64,000 bases of DNA from Rhynchobatus australiae. Lineage: Eukaryota. Location: the NCBI GenBank assembly GCA_034780895.1, contig JAUZTB010000107.1:67042385-67106384 (forward strand). Direction: 5' to 3'. The number at the start of each line of letters is the position of its first letter. The stretch's first letter is position 1. The notes beneath the pieces are model-generated. The model ran no database searches, was not told the DNA's origin, and saw only the letters and a list, made by a program, of their open reading frames with translations. The position numbers were made by a program, and so were the translations under genes. Shown here in pieces: positions 38,455-52,972 of the stretch.

Positions 38455-41400
38455 TTTACTTCTGAGACTCAAACTTTCTGATTACTTGGGTAACTGTGAA
38501 GGGAAAAAAAAAGTCTTGGGAGATGCTTACTTCTGCACACATACAAGGGAGTCTTTCTGTACTGCACCTAAAAGAGCAGCAAGCATCCAACCCTGTCGCC
38601 CTAGCAGGAGCCAACACCTACCTCCCACATACCAGACAAGTATGTTGATATATGAAGTGAAAGGAAACTGTGGCATGCTATTTGGCGAATTTCCTACAGA
38701 CACAGTATCATACCCTCTGAAATGTTATTGATGAGACTTTGTACAGAACAGCACTGAATTACAAACAGTGGAATAGTTTATTTTACTAAGTTCTTTTACA
38801 TAATTTACTGTGGGCAGTAATGCCATTGGCCTTTCAGTAGTTGGTTGGAATACCTGTGATTTCATACTGCCCGAGGTACACAATTGTCAGAAGCACATCA
38901 CAGTTAAATTGTTCTTTCTATATCTTCTGTTCTCTTAGAATTGAGAACCCATTATATTTAGAGTCTCTTTTTTCAAGTATTCAAGTTGGTTCCAAAAATA
39001 ATGCTGAACAAGCACATTATCTGAACTTTTTTTTTGTGGAGTGCCTTTAATAATGGCACATATACATTAGTTTGTAAAAATCCTCATTGACAAATACTAT
39101 TAAGCATAAATTGTTTGACACTGATGCCTGTCAGTATTATTTGAATGGTAGAAATGATCTTATCCTCATTTCCAGGGCTGACATTCTAGTGTTAGTCCTT
39201 GCCAGAAGAGATTTAGGAGAAATAAATTATCTATTGAATTGCCTCTAAATACATACAATAGGTACTCGGTTTTATCCATCTTCTGTACATTCTATGCATC
39301 AATGGAACTTAAGGTGGGGAGCAAAGTAAAACTTGCATATCCATTTATGACTAGAAAACAAAAGATAAATTTCTCCCCTTTGTTCCTGGTCTTGGCTTTA
39401 CTTATCCCTAAAATTCTGGAGATGATTAAATCTCAAGAAGAAAATATAACTGATCATTTATGTTTTATTTTCAATGTTTTCAGCTTCATACTCTAATGAT
39501 CATTGTTCAAAGTTTATGCTTCAAAATCCCCTGAATGTTTTCAAAGAACCCAGGAGATCAAAAGAAAGGAAGAAATAAACTCCTCTTGGAATTTAGATTT
39601 CTTTTAATTTCCAGTATCTGTTCCAGAAGTTTTTTTTGAGTTTTAGAAGCATTTCTAGTCTTGCCAATTGATCTGGACTTTTAATCTTAATTTATATTTT
39701 GTCTTCAAAAAAAATGTAGTTTCTTAAAAAAATTACTTAATATTGTGCTCATTTTAATCAACTAAAGCAATGACTTTAACAGCACAAATGCTGCTTCATT
39801 CCATTATCCCAAACATGGAATTATTACTGAGACAAGAAGCCACAGTTCAACTATAACAATACAATTTTGAAATTAAGTGAATAATATGCAGAACAAGTCA
39901 CTGATAATTTGCTCAGTCTCTGCTGCAGCTATGTTAAGTAAATTACCTTTTGCCTTTGTTATTTTGTATTAGCTGGTAGAACAGCAGGATTAAAATTACC
40001 ATAACATCTGTGGTCAAAAAAATGTAATGCTGCCAACAGCACATCTACCTCATGCATCGTGATGATAGTGAAGACACTTGACAGGTATAAAATAGTTTGA
40101 CAATGCAGAGCACTTTGCATATCAAACACAAATAATAAAAATGAAACAACACACATCACTCAGAAAATTTCTACTATTTAGAAAATCAGTGGAAGGAGTA
40201 AGTTATATCAATATTTACAATTTCAACACTATGTCTTATTAAAGAAAGGTCTTAAACTATTTTATATGGGGCATAAAAACTACTTATCTATAGTGGAATA
40301 TTTTGGATTTTCACATAGTTGTGACAAGGGATCAAACTTTAGTCTTCAAACAATATTTATTTTCAACAACTTCATTGTTGAGTTTTAATATAATCATAAT
40401 GGTTCACATTAAACTGAAAAGCTTTCTGTTGAACCATTGCTGAAATCTCATCTTTCAATGTTTAAGTCCACTGTTTAATGCTGATACCGTTTGCTTTAAA
40501 CTGGTAAATACCATGACAGATGTAACAGTACAGTGGAATGTTCTAAAACTTATCTGCAACGATTTGACATAGATATAACAAAACCCTACTTAGGGTTGTA
40601 ACCAGGCTAAAATGTTTAAACTAGTTTTGAACTGACTAGACTCTTATTGCTAAATTTAATTGTAATTAAGGAATGAGGAATTAAATCAATGATTACTGTC
40701 ATTTTTCCTTTAAACTCCCATTGCTCAAACTGTATATTAAAATTTAGTGCATATGAAGATGGGAGGAAGTTGAAAACCAGATTGGTAAAGCCTGGCATTC
40801 TAACACTGGATTCTACTTCATACCCACCTTAAGCAAAGCTGCAGTGTTCATCTAGTCCCTTTGACACCAAAATATGAAGTTCAGAGATGTGAAATAAAAA
40901 TGAAGCAAATTTCTTAAAAAGCTGAGAGCCTTGGTGAGAACAGTGATGTTTATAAAGTGCTGCTTGTAGGTGCAGTCAAACAGGGTCCAGGTTTAATACA
41001 TTTTCACTACTAATTCATTATGTTCAAGAAGCAGACCCTTAAACATGAAAGCACCTCATTAATTTCTGTACAGGCTGGAAAGACCACACATCTCATAGCA
41101 TAATGAGCTTGGGCAAGGAAAGAAAATTATTGGGAGATGACAGTGAACAGAAGTGGTACAATAAGAGGACCATGCTGACCTAAATTTAATGAATTAATTG
41201 GGAATTAATCACTGGAGCTGCAAAAGAAAGTCACTGATAGATAGTATGTGGTTAATAGCCCTCTGAACTTTGGTATGACTATTAAGCAAATAAGAACACA
41301 TCTTGCTATGAGATGCATAAATAGGTATATCGACAGGTGCAAGCAAAATGCAGAATACACTGTCTTCCTGGTGAAAAGGAAAAAACAACAGAAATGCAGA

Positions 41401-43284
41401 GGCAGACTCTTGGAAGGGGTTTGTCTGGAGGCAGTTTGTCATTGTAATCCATATGGGAATATAAAATATCAATAGGAACATGGAAGTGTTTTGAGCATGG
41501 AATGAGAATCTTTCTGACATCAAAAGCAAAGCATCTGAGCTGGTGTTGAGCAGTACAATTTGTGCGCTGCGTTAAGCAAGACAAGCATCGGAAAGCTAAG
41601 TATATATACGTTACTGAGCGCTTAAGCCTGTTTTGCCATTCAGTGACTGGTCACCATGTACCTGCTTTTGATCCATTACCCTATTTTATTTAGCAATCTC
41701 ACTTCTGAAAATTTCACTTAACACAGATTCTACAGAAGCAAGTTCAAGATTTCCATTACTCTGTGTAAAAAAGCTTTGGATTTCACTTCTAAATGCCCTA
41801 GCTCTCATAATGTGTGTGAATGTTTTGGATTTCCCAACCTATCCTATCAAGCAACATTTTAACCCACGAATCTTCTAACCTCTAGTGTTGCACTCGATTT
41901 AACAGGATTTAACCATTTAAATCCCAGTATCATTTTAGTGATTTTTCACTGCATCCACTCAAAATCTTTACATATTTCTTGTGCTTTAGTGCGTAAAACT
42001 GAATGCAATATTTCCCTTGGAGATTGACCAATGGCTTGTACATCTGAGACATTACTTCCTCTCTTTGAATTCCTGCATCTGAGGGAAAAACCAAGATCCC
42101 ATTAATCATTTATCCATTAACTCTTATTCAGACAAGAGCTTTTAATGATTTATATTGGACATTTTAATCAATTGGCTTCCCACTATAACGCCTTGTTTTT
42201 CAGCATGAGAAAGTATCCAGATTTGTCTCTTCTACTCAAAGTAATGGCCTTGCCCTTCACCACAATGAATTCTATCTTCCTACAGCTCTTTATAAACTTC
42301 CTGCTCCCACCTACAATACTTACTGTACTTGTCCATCAATATGCATGTGATGAAAAGCTGAGATCCCAGTACAGATCCATCACGATCAGAATATCTTATC
42401 CATCAGAATATTTTATTTTCTCTGTTATCTCCAAGCTATAAAGACAATAACTATGGCTCCAATTTTGGGTGCAGTAATTTTTGCTCCCATTGCAAGGATA
42501 ATTTGGCAGTTTAATGGTCAGATGGAAGAAAGAGGCTGTAAAGAGATTCTCAGGTTTGTCAAACATTTGAAACATTAAGTGTTTACTTTATGGGAGGTAT
42601 GTGTGAACTGTCATTGATAATAAATAGAGTTGCAAGTGTGAATTTAAACTAAAAACTTAAACTAAGTTCAGAGGTGGAATGAAAACATCTTTGTACATAT
42701 TGAAAATATATACAATAAAAGTATCTGGGCTGTCCAAAGTATCAAGCATAGTAAGGAGCTGCATATTGATATGCACTTTAGCATAGATTAAAGCATAACT
42801 AAAAAACAAATTATGAATAGAGTAGGGTTGCAGTATTCAAATGCCAACCTGTAAAGCATTAGAAATTGTTAAATAAAGGCACTTTGGTGGAGCAAGATGG
42901 AGCATTGAAGTAAATCATGGACTCAGTAGGCAGGAGAATGAGAATAACATAATTTAAAACTTTCAGGAGGGGTCAAAATCATGTTGATTGGCAGACTAGC
43001 TTCAATGGCTATTCCTGCTCTTATGTTATGGCACATGGGCTATTTGAGACCAAATTAAGTTTTAATGGGGGAAAACAAAAATCATCTGCTTGGGGAAGAG
43101 CTTACTTTCCCTGCAGCTGTTTTAAAATGGTCTGAATAAAGGATTGCTCATTACTATGGCTTTCACTTTCTCAAATTCCTGCCGTGGAATGGCTCATCAT
43201 GTAGGAGTCAATTAAAGAAATTAATAAGCAATTACTTACAACTTGACACAAAACAGCTACCAGCAAAGCAAAAGACAATAATTA

Positions 43285-44340
43285 TTAAAGTACTGCAGAT
43301 GCTAGAAATCTAAAATAAAAGTAAAAATTGCTGTAAATATTTAGTAAGTTGGGTAATGTCATGGAGTGTTAATCTCAGGTTGATGACCTATAAAAATGGT
43401 GAAAGTTAAAAATGAATAGGCTCTGAAAAAATAAGGCAAGTACATGAAAGTAATAAAAATGGTCTCTAATAGGGGATGAGAGAAATAAAATGATCCAAAG
43501 GGATGATGATGCAAGGCAAAGAAGGCAAAAGAGCTCTGTCCCAAATCATGACACTTTAGGTATCTTTCACATCTTCCTTGAACAGAGAATCAATATCCTT
43601 TCAGCATCGCTTTCATAGAAATTGTATCATTTCTTTTTGACCTTGCTGCTCACTGGACAGCGAGGTTAGAGTCTGATACAACTTCTGTGAGAGGGCCCTT
43701 GGATAATGGGAAGAGGGTAGGTAAAAGGACAGGGGTTGCACCTTTTGCTGTTGTGCGAGAAGCTGCCATGGGTGGTAGATATTAGTGGATGGAGAAGTGA
43801 ACCAATATGCCCTGATGGATATGGTCCTTTATGAATACAGAAAGATGCCTTTCACAGTGGCTTCACATTAACAAAGTTAATGGAGTATGATCCATTGAAC
43901 TGATGGGGGTAATGGCAAATGTTCTATTGAGAAGGGGTGAGAGCACAGCGAAGGGAATGGAAAAGATACTACTGAGATCTCTATCAATTACGTTTGAATG
44001 GAATCCTTGGCTGAGGATAAATGATACATTGGTAGTGCCGGTGTGGAAGTTATCATCAGAACACATGCGCAGGCAGAGAAACTAGGAGAATGGAATGGGA
44101 TCCTTGTACAAGTTGGGAGAATTTGCATTTAAGGGAGCCACAGGATTAGATGTTGGTCATTAGAATATCCCCCCTAAATGGTGATGGAGCATTCAGGGAA
44201 GAGCCACCAGCTTACTATAAAGAGGATGAGAAATGGGTGGAAATTGGGAGCAAAATTGACATAATTTTATAGTTCAGGTTGAAGGCAGAAAATGCAAGAG
44301 CACACTTGTCAATGCATCAGAAATAGTTTGTCAGATGTTT
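43285..44340 (-). mobile_element. Penelope-like element remnant
   Basis: ctgcagatgctagaaatctaaaataaaa terminus; minus-strand remnant CSDDNFHT...FILSQGF. Confidence 0.55.
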
Positions 44341-44409
44341 GAACCTACAACCAAAATGATATGCTTCAAAAATGCAAGAGGGTTGCATGGGGAATGGGAC
44401 ATTATTTCA

Positions 44410-44707
44410 ACATGGTGGAAGAACAGTTTGCACCACTACCTCATGCCTCCTGGGGACCTGATCTCAGGTGCTGTATGAAGTTTGCTCATTACTACATGGG
44501 TTTTGTCCAAGTTCTCAAGTTTCCTTCCACATCCCAAGATGCACTGATAGATTAATTAGCTATTTGTGTAAGTGTACAGCATAAGAATTTTTAAAGGTGT
44601 GTTGAAGTGCACGTGAGCAAGAATGTCACAGGGTAGGGAGAGAATGGGACTGATAGGATTGCTTTGTCAAGAGCTAGCATGGACCAATGACTTTCTTCTA
44701 TGTTCTT
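44410..44707 (+). mobile_element. Degenerate V-SINE
   Basis: atgggttttgtccaagttctcaagtttccttccacatcccaaga core; CR1-like tail. Confidence 0.55.
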
Positions 44708-44759
44708 ATAGGTTTTGGGCATAAGTTGAACCTATATGGGTTCCAGTAACATTTACCTA

Positions 44760-45650
44760 ACTCCTATAGATACCTTATACAAATCCTTCCACCTTGCTTG
44801 CTGTAAAGGACTCCCTTCCATTTACCCAGTTCCTCTGCCTGTTATTATCTTCCTCAGCAGTCTTCCATTTACCTCAAGGTTCTTCTTCTATTGTAGCTGA
44901 CACCAATGCAATTTCTGTTCTATTCCCCACACTACTTTCTCACCTCTGCTCCTCCCTCACAGAACAAGGATTCTCTTTGCCTTTCCCTTCCAGCACATTA
45001 GCCTCTACACTCAATGAATTACACCCCACCACCAGTATAACAGGAGGAATATCCATTCCCCCCCCCCTTCACAATTTTCAGACCATAACTTGATAACACA
45101 CTGGCTAACTACTCCATCTGCACCAATATTTACTCTTCTTCCCATAGCNNNNNNNNNNNNNNNNNNNNNNNNNNNNNNNNNNNNNNNNNNNNNNNNNNNN
45201 NNNNNNNNNNNNNNNNNNNNNNNNNNNNNNNNNNNNNNNNNNNNNNNNCTGCACCAATATTTACTCTTCTTCCCATAGCATATTCCAACACAAGTTCAAT
45301 CCTTACCCTTTTACCCATTCACCTCCAGCCATCAAAGGGCTCATTCATTCCACCAATTTACAAGCACTTCTTTCAATTTACTGGTCACAACACAGTCACT
45401 TTTACAATGGAGACCACACTCAAAGGGGTGATTGCGGAACACCTCTGTTGTCTGCAAACATCACCATGAGTTTTCTATACCCCACTCTGACCTCAATCAA
45501 TATTGTTCAAATCAAACTTGTTAGTGAAGAAAACCACTTCTTCCAGTTAGGTACATTACAGTATTTAATTCAACATCTTCAGTTATTGAGATTTTCAGCA
45601 CTTTAATATTTTTGTTTCAGATTCCAGAATCTGCATTATTTCCTTTGATA
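44760..45650 (+). mobile_element. Penelope-like element remnant in opposite orientation
   Basis: caccttgcttgctgtaaaggactcccttccatttacccagttcctc (HP..CKDS.PFSQFL-like); terminus tcagattccagaatctgca. Confidence 0.55.
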
Positions 45651-45859
45651 ATTTCAGATGACTCTCATTTACATTTCTTACTGACACTTCTGCTTCTTTA
45701 CTTGCCCTGTCATCCCTTTTAATTTCTATTAGTTTTCACATTTTCAGATCTTTCCTTTCCTCTCCACCTGTTCCATGTAAATGGAAACCTGTATTAGTTT
45801 AGATGAAAATTTAGCACACATTTCAAATCAGCAAATGTCAAATTAAAGATCAAGCATTG

Positions 45860-48800
45860 TACTCTTGGAATTCATTTATTTTTGTAACTTATATACACAT
45901 TTTTGCACCTTAATGAAAATACCAATCTACGATTGTAAATTCACCATTTGTGAATAAGCATTCACAAAAGACCCCAAGAACAGGAAAAAAAATCTTCTGT
46001 CTTCCATCTCCTCCACATAGTTTGGCTTGAAGAAATGAATAATCATCTCCGGTATAGTACACACTATGCAAGTTTTCACACAGGTGAAATTGTTGAATGA
46101 CTGATCTTTTCTCACACCCTTCTTTCCCCATTGTACAAGGAACAATCCCAACTAGTATTCCTGGATCAAAAGGGAAAATAAATATGCACATCTCATGTAT
46201 TTTAACTATACATATCCCAAAAACAAATCTGGGCTCTTTGAGACATTAAGCCATGGCTTAATGCCTGACTTACAGAAAATTAAAATTTATGAAGAATCAA
46301 ACCATTTTTAAATTGTTATTAAGGGCAATTTTCAAGCAAATCAGTTTGCTGTTTTGAGGCACAACCTTAAAATTAAAACCAATTTCTGTATAGAATAATA
46401 AAAAAAAATTGATTGTCTTAACTAAAATAACCAAATCAGGGACTCAATTGGGGAAAAAAAAAACAGGAATCCAGTTAGCTTGGCAAAATACAACAATACA
46501 TGGCAGCATTTTGGCTACGTTCATTTTTTTAAATCTACTTGGATTGGAATAGTACCTTCACACTTAAATGATACAAGCACTGAACAAAGCAAATCCCTTT
46601 TGGGAAAAATAAGTATGTAGGATTGGAATTTTAATATCATAATACTTTTCAATGTGAAATTCTGTGCAACAAAAACAAACAAGAAATATAACATTTATCT
46701 CGCTATCTGAAGGGGCTGGTACTACAATATTCTCAAGTACCTGGAACAGAAGCACTAAGTCTTCTAATTAGGTACACAGTGGAAGCAGTAACATGTTGGG
46801 AATAGTATGAGCAAATTGAATTCCAACTTCACTTGGTGAAGGATGAATTAAAAATTGAAAATTAAACACATGCCAAGGATGGCTGCATAGTTATCTCAAG
46901 ACCCACAGTGCAGAAATGTTACAAGTCAAGCATTAGAACAGCTTTTAAATAAAATACATCGCTGCATTCCAGTGATTTTGCTTTAAAGATATGAAAAATG
47001 TTGGAATAATTTATTTTTTTTTAAGGATTCTGCTTTCCACAGTAAGTATACCTCTCAGTCTAGGACACAATTTCTATGTAGGAGCATCTTATGGGTTTTT
47101 TAGTCTTTCCTGTATTGTGCAAGAATTATAACTGTTAATTCCTCAATATACTGATTACTGTATAATTGGATAAAAGATACTATCGGGACAACATCCTCAA
47201 ACTGAAGATAATCATCTGAAAATGTGCTTTGAATATTAAAAGATGGGGGATGAGGACATAGTGTTCAACTGTCAATGAAAAAATCCTTTGAGAATTACAG
47301 TAGCACTGTATTGTAAAAAACAAAATGATTTTTTAAAGATAAAGAGAAAACAGCAGCTGCTATACTGAGGTGTGCAGATGGGTGTCAGTAATGTAGATAT
47401 CACAAGAGAAACAGTTCAAAACCTGTATACAAATTTTATTATGCAGAATATGCTTTTCAATGTTTTTAAATTTCAATTTTTAAATAAATCATGCATTTAA
47501 GGAGATGAAATCCTTAGTGCAAACTCCAATATGGCTAAACAATGGGGGTCCTTTATTCCAGTAGGACAATTTAAGCATTGCCTCAACACAATGGAAGAGG
47601 GTTCTTGCTACTGTCACTTTATTAGCAGACAAAATACCTGCAATTAACAAAAGTAGAAAAGCACCTTAATAAAATTAAGGCCGCATTGTTGTTTTTATGG
47701 ATTTTGATTTGCTGCCCTTCCTGATAATTTGTATTTAACTGGAACAAATGTCCATAAAGTGTACAGGTGCATAAAGCATAGAAAGGATAACAAAAAGTGG
47801 CATGTGGTGAGGTCTAATGTAGTGCCAGTGTGGTGGGACCAAGTTTACACCTATAATCCATCTTTCCTTCACCACCACTCAGCTGCCAATTTAACCCTCG
47901 CCTCTGTAGGGCAATTAGGAAAGCGGATGAGTTGTGTCTACTTTCAAAAATTAATCCAAATTAATTTGAAAAGAACTGGAAAACCATTAAAAGCACTGGT
48001 TTTTAGAAAAGTGACATGAAGCAAGCAGTGACAGCAAATCAGGTTCACTGCATTTTCTTTAATTCAGAATGCACTTTAGAGACATGTTCTGTGTATATAA
48101 CTCTGTTTTCAGTCTAATATTTAGCATTACGTTTGTACAGAATCTTATTTTTTAAAAAAAAGTGATTCAAAACATGTTTCTCAGAAACTAAAAGAGTCCT
48201 TCAGTCACCAAAGGGTCAATTACCCAAGTTCCCTTTAAAAGGGAATCTTCTGTACACCTAAATACAGTAAGCTGCAAATTCAATGTTGCACTATAACTGG
48301 TGGCAAACAGTAGCTGCAGCATTTTTTTCCATAGTCACCTTTATGTCGTATAAACAGATTTTGATTAGGCCAAGATGCTGTAAAAGATTTACTATTGAAC
48401 AATTTTAAAATACAACCTGAACAAGAAGTGGATACAGCCCCTTTAAGAGAGAAAGCTCCTTATTGGGCACCGGCCTGCACATGCATGTTTTAACAGCAAG
48501 GGAAAGTAAAATTTCTTACATGTCTCTAGTTACACATTGCAGCCTTCATGCAGCAACTGCATAACTAAGAAAACCTTGATTTCTGGACACCCAGAAATAT
48601 TTCAACCAACTTATTGATTATAGCTGCATATTTTGAAATGGCTATACTGTATTGAATATTGCAAATATATTAATTTCAAAAAAACTGTACAAGGCCAAAA
48701 AAATTGTATATCTTCTCAAAAGGGGCAAGAAAAGATTAGGTACTCCTCAGAGAAACCGAATGGATATCCTTACAATATCCAAACCATCTTTAATACATCT

Positions 48801-49266
48801 CAGTACTAAAGCACTTCAACATGTGTATTATAGAATTATCTTATAAATACATTACTGACAGGATTGTTATGTAATGTTCAACCAAACAATGGATGTTAAC
48901 ATGACCAACATTGAATAGACCCGTTAATCATGTATTCTGAATAAAATCCAACAATAAACTGATAAGGAAACAAGTGTTTATAGGACATGCACTGCATTTT
49001 ACTGCACCATTAAATGTTACATTTTCAAACCAGTGATTCTATGCTCAGAAACTTGTAGGTTAGTGCAGAGCCCTTTGAAGTGGCTGCTTTGTACATGAAA
49101 CATGATTGCATTACGAATGAAGGGGCCACAACAAAATGCGTTGAAGTACCAAAGACAGACATGAACTCAAGGTGACAGATTATTTTTTAATTAACTGATA
49201 TTGGTTGATGCATTCAGAATTCATGATTAACAACTTTTTTTAAATAAATCAAGAGTTTGCTTGTGT
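45860..49266 (-). other. GIGYF2: Probable GIGYF2 3' UTR
   Basis: AT-rich stretch directly after the stop with no repeats I recognise. Minus-strand AATAAA candidates include 47435-47440 and 45875-45880. The end point is inferred. Confidence 0.5.
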
Positions 49267-49334
49267 TCAGTAGTCGTCAAGTGTCTCTATTTCTCCCATG
49301 TTCAGGCGCTCTGATGAAGCATTTACAGAAAAAC
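49267..49334 (-). CDS. GIGYF2: GIGYF2 last coding exon ((G)FSVNASSERLNMGEIETLDDY*)
   Basis: Acceptor ttttttcccttcgcag|, phase 1, TGA stop. Identical to the remembered human GIGYF2 C-terminus. Confidence 0.97.
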
Positions 49335-49549
49335 CTGCGAAGGGAAAAAAAAATGCAACATTTATTTATCTATCCTAAAACTAGAAAACATACTTCTGGT
49401 GTTAAACACCTTTGAAACTAACCTTTCTATTGGATACGGCTGATAGTTTTTAAACTGAGCAGCACAATAAGAGTTATTCTCAGGGAATTTCACCTAAACA
49501 ATTCCCATCATTGATTCAATTTATCTGAAACATGCAGCCTATTCTAGGT

Positions 49550-50017
49550 ATAGTGGTAGCATAGTGATTAAATTATCAGACTAGTAATCCAGATTTGCAA
49601 ATTCAAATCCCATCATGGCAGCTGTGCAATTTAAATTTAGTTAATAACCTGTAATTTGGGGGGAAAAAAAAAACAAGTAATCTTAGTTTTCATTTTGTCT
49701 ATGAAAACTGCCAAGTAAACAAACATGGTTCATAACTTTCCTTCAGGGAAAGAAATTTGCCATCCTTACTGTCTGGCCTATATGCAACTATAGACACACC
49801 CCATGTGATTGATCCTCAAATGTCCTTTGAAGTGGCCCAGCAAGCCACTTAGAAGTACCATCACCACTGTCTAAGCAGAAGAATGGGTACATCCTGTCAA
49901 GCCAGTAGGAAAGACCCACACCAGAGGTGGTGGCACAATAGCATTGAAGAGCAAGGGAGTAGCATTGGAAGTCCTGAACATTGACTCCAAGTCTCATGAA
50001 GTCACATGGTATTGGAT
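49550..50017 (+). mobile_element. SINE-like head followed by a CR1 endonuclease fragment
   Basis: tRNA-like gtggtagcatagtg...actagtaatccaga..ttcaaatccc; then GYILSSQ*ERPTPEVV...GVALEVLNIDS, APE-like. Confidence 0.55.
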
Positions 50018-51349
50018 NNNNNNNNNNNNNNNNNNNNNNNNNNNNNNNNNNNNNNNNNNNNNNNNNNNNNNNNNNNNNNNNNNNNNNNNNNNNNNNNNNN
50101 NNNNNNNNNNNNNNNNNNNNNNNATGTGACTTCATGAGACTTGGAGTCAATGTTCAGGACTTCCAATGCTACTCCCTTGCTCTTCAATGCTATTGTGCCA
50201 TCACCTCTGGTGTGGGTCTTTCCTACTGGCTTGACAGGATGTACCCATTCTTCTGTTTATAAGGGGTAACATAAGGGGTAAACCTACTTAATCTCATCCT
50301 CACGAATCTACCGTGTTAGAAGTATCTGCATTGGTAGACGTGACTGCTGCACTCTCCTTTTGGAAACAAAGTCATGTCTTCACATAGAGGACACATTCCA
50401 TCATGGTGTGTAGCACTACAAATGAACGCAGTGTGATGGACTAACAACATATCTGGCAGTTCAAACATGAGGCACTGTGGATTTTCATCAGCAGCAGAAA
50501 TGTACACCAACGCAATGTGTAACTTCATGGTCTGTGCATCCCTCATTCTGCAATCATCAAGCCAGGGGATCAATATTGGCTCAATGAATGAAGGACATAC
50601 CATCAAGCATATCTAAAAATATTTTGGTGCTAATCTAGTGAAACTGCCTTACAGGACTACTTGCAAGCTAAGCAATGAAAACAGCATTCAAGAGACAACT
50701 TAGTGATGCCTAAATGGATGTTACAATTTGTTACTTAATGCAACATGCAAAATCTCTAACATAAGAATCAAGAACAGACTGAACATTGTGAATGTGTTTG
50801 TTGTTCAACATCTTGTAGTATAAAACTTCAGGATACTGAACACTAATATCCTGAAAAGGGCTAGTCATATAGTTCAAATATGGTCAAGCTTTAATGCTCA
50901 AAAGCCAGAAAAATAAACTGAGGGACAGAAGGACATTTTAAAATATGGTATATATGCAATGATATTTTACACATTTTTGGATTAGTCAAGCCCCACTTAC
51001 TAAGAAATTGCATGCGTTTTCCCAATGTGGTCACCACACGCTCTTTGCCCAACAACAGAGTATTCAAGCACAAGAGTTCTGCTGGAGTTTAACCAGCTAG
51101 AGCCAAGCATGAAAAAGCATTGCTTGATCAGAAATGACTCCCCTATTTGTTAAATCAACCAGAGAGTACAGAAAATATCCCAGACACTAATTCTAACATT
51201 ATCCTTCCAGGTATTATCATTGAGTCGCAGCAGCTGATATATATTTAGTGTTATGTAATATGGTGAGCTTGTGTAATCCAGGTGCTTCACTGCATGTTAT
51301 CTTCTCCATGTAATACCACAAGTCAATTATAGCACTGTGCTCACTAAAA

Positions 51350-52270
51350 AGAACATAAGAAATAGGGAACGGGAAAGGCTATTGGGCAATTTGAGCTATT
51401 TATTCCAACTTTTTGCTTTCTGTCCAATAACCAATATCCAGTCCGTCAGTATCCACCATTCATCAAGATCACGGTTGATTTTTTACCTCAATGGCACTTT
51501 CCTCATATCCTTTGATTCCTTTAATGCTCAAAAATATATCGAATATGGTTTCCAATGAACTCAATGACATAGCCTCCTCAGACCTCCAGGTGAGACTGCC
51601 AAAGATTCAAAGCCTGAAGATATTTCTCATCCCCTCAGGACTAAATGGCCTAACCCTTTATTCTGAGACTGTGACACGTGCCTCTAAACTCCTCAGCCAG
51701 GTGAGCATCCTCCATGCATCTAACCCACTGAGCCCTGCAAGATTTTGTAGGTGTCAATGACATCTCCTTTCATTCTTTTGAAGTCTGTAGAATATAGGCC
51801 TACTTTACTTGATCTCTCCTCATATGGTAAATCTGCCATCCCTGGAACCAATCTAATGAATCGATGTGCTCTCTCCATGGCAAATACATCCTTTCTTAAG
51901 TATGGAGAACAAAACTGTCCTAAGACCAAATTACACTTCACACTCTTATCACTTGCCGTATCTACAAGTTGGTTTACCGTCACTAGTACAATGGTCACTT
52001 TGAACTAGCCTTTTCACAATTTAAAAAATAAAATCTGCTTTTCTGTTTTGTGCACCACAGTGGAGAGCTTCACATTTATTCCACATTATACTTAATTTTC
52101 CGTGTTCTAAGCTACTCATTCAGCTTGTCTACATCCTCTTGATGCATTTTTAAATACTCCTGCCTATTCAGAATTTCATCTTGTTTTCATTATCACCAGC
52201 AATTTTGGAAATATAACACTTTGTGCCCTCAGCCAAATCACTACTATTGATTCTGAACAGCTGGTGCTGA
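51350..52270 (-). mobile_element. CR1 LINE 3' region
   Basis: Minus-strand QFCSPYLRKDVFAMERAHRFIRLVPGMADLPYEER..GLYS. Confidence 0.85.
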
Positions 52271-52972
52271 AAAGTTGAGAAGAATTGTGCAAAAACTTAA
52301 ATTGATATGAATAATAAACAGATGCATATTCCCAAAATCTAATACGATTAACAAAAGTAAATAACATTTGAAAATCTTAAGCTTGACTTTTGACACATAA
52401 TGATATCAAATTCTTTGAAAGTTGTTATGATCCTTCTTTGCATCTCCTCTCTTTTCGTCTCCACCAATTACTTTCCATTCTGTGATTCTTCCCACTCAAA
52501 AGACCCGAGTAGTACCTGCATTCCAAGTAACACCATCTGGCTTCTTTTCCACCACATACACAGGTAACATTTTCCACTCTTGTGCATGCTGCAGAGTGAT
52601 CTAGTCGGCTTTGCAAAGCTCATTGCTTAACTACAGAGTTACAAGTCTTAGGCCACATTCCCTAAAACAGCATTGCACCTGAACTAATGTTGGTTTATAA
52701 ACTCAAAATATTCTGCTTGTTTGGTCAGAATGAAATAAAGTCTGCAGGAAATTATGACTTTTTCTTGTTCTGCAGTTCTCACGTCACATTTGAAAGTGTG
52801 CAAAACAGCATGCTTCAGCAAAACAACTACAGTTGGCAAAGAAAATACCAACTGACCATCAATGGTCTGCAAAATTATTTGGTGCAGAAACCTGCTCAGA
52901 TCCTAGATTTTGCAAAGCTTTATCTTGGTTAAATGCACAGTAACGGTATGGCTGTGAAAATTAAGTACCGAC

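Noticed and set aside
45119-45279. Direct repeat ctgcaccaatatttactcttcttcccatagc on both sides of a gap
   Set aside because: Unmerged contig overlap, not a biological repeat or CRISPR-like unit.
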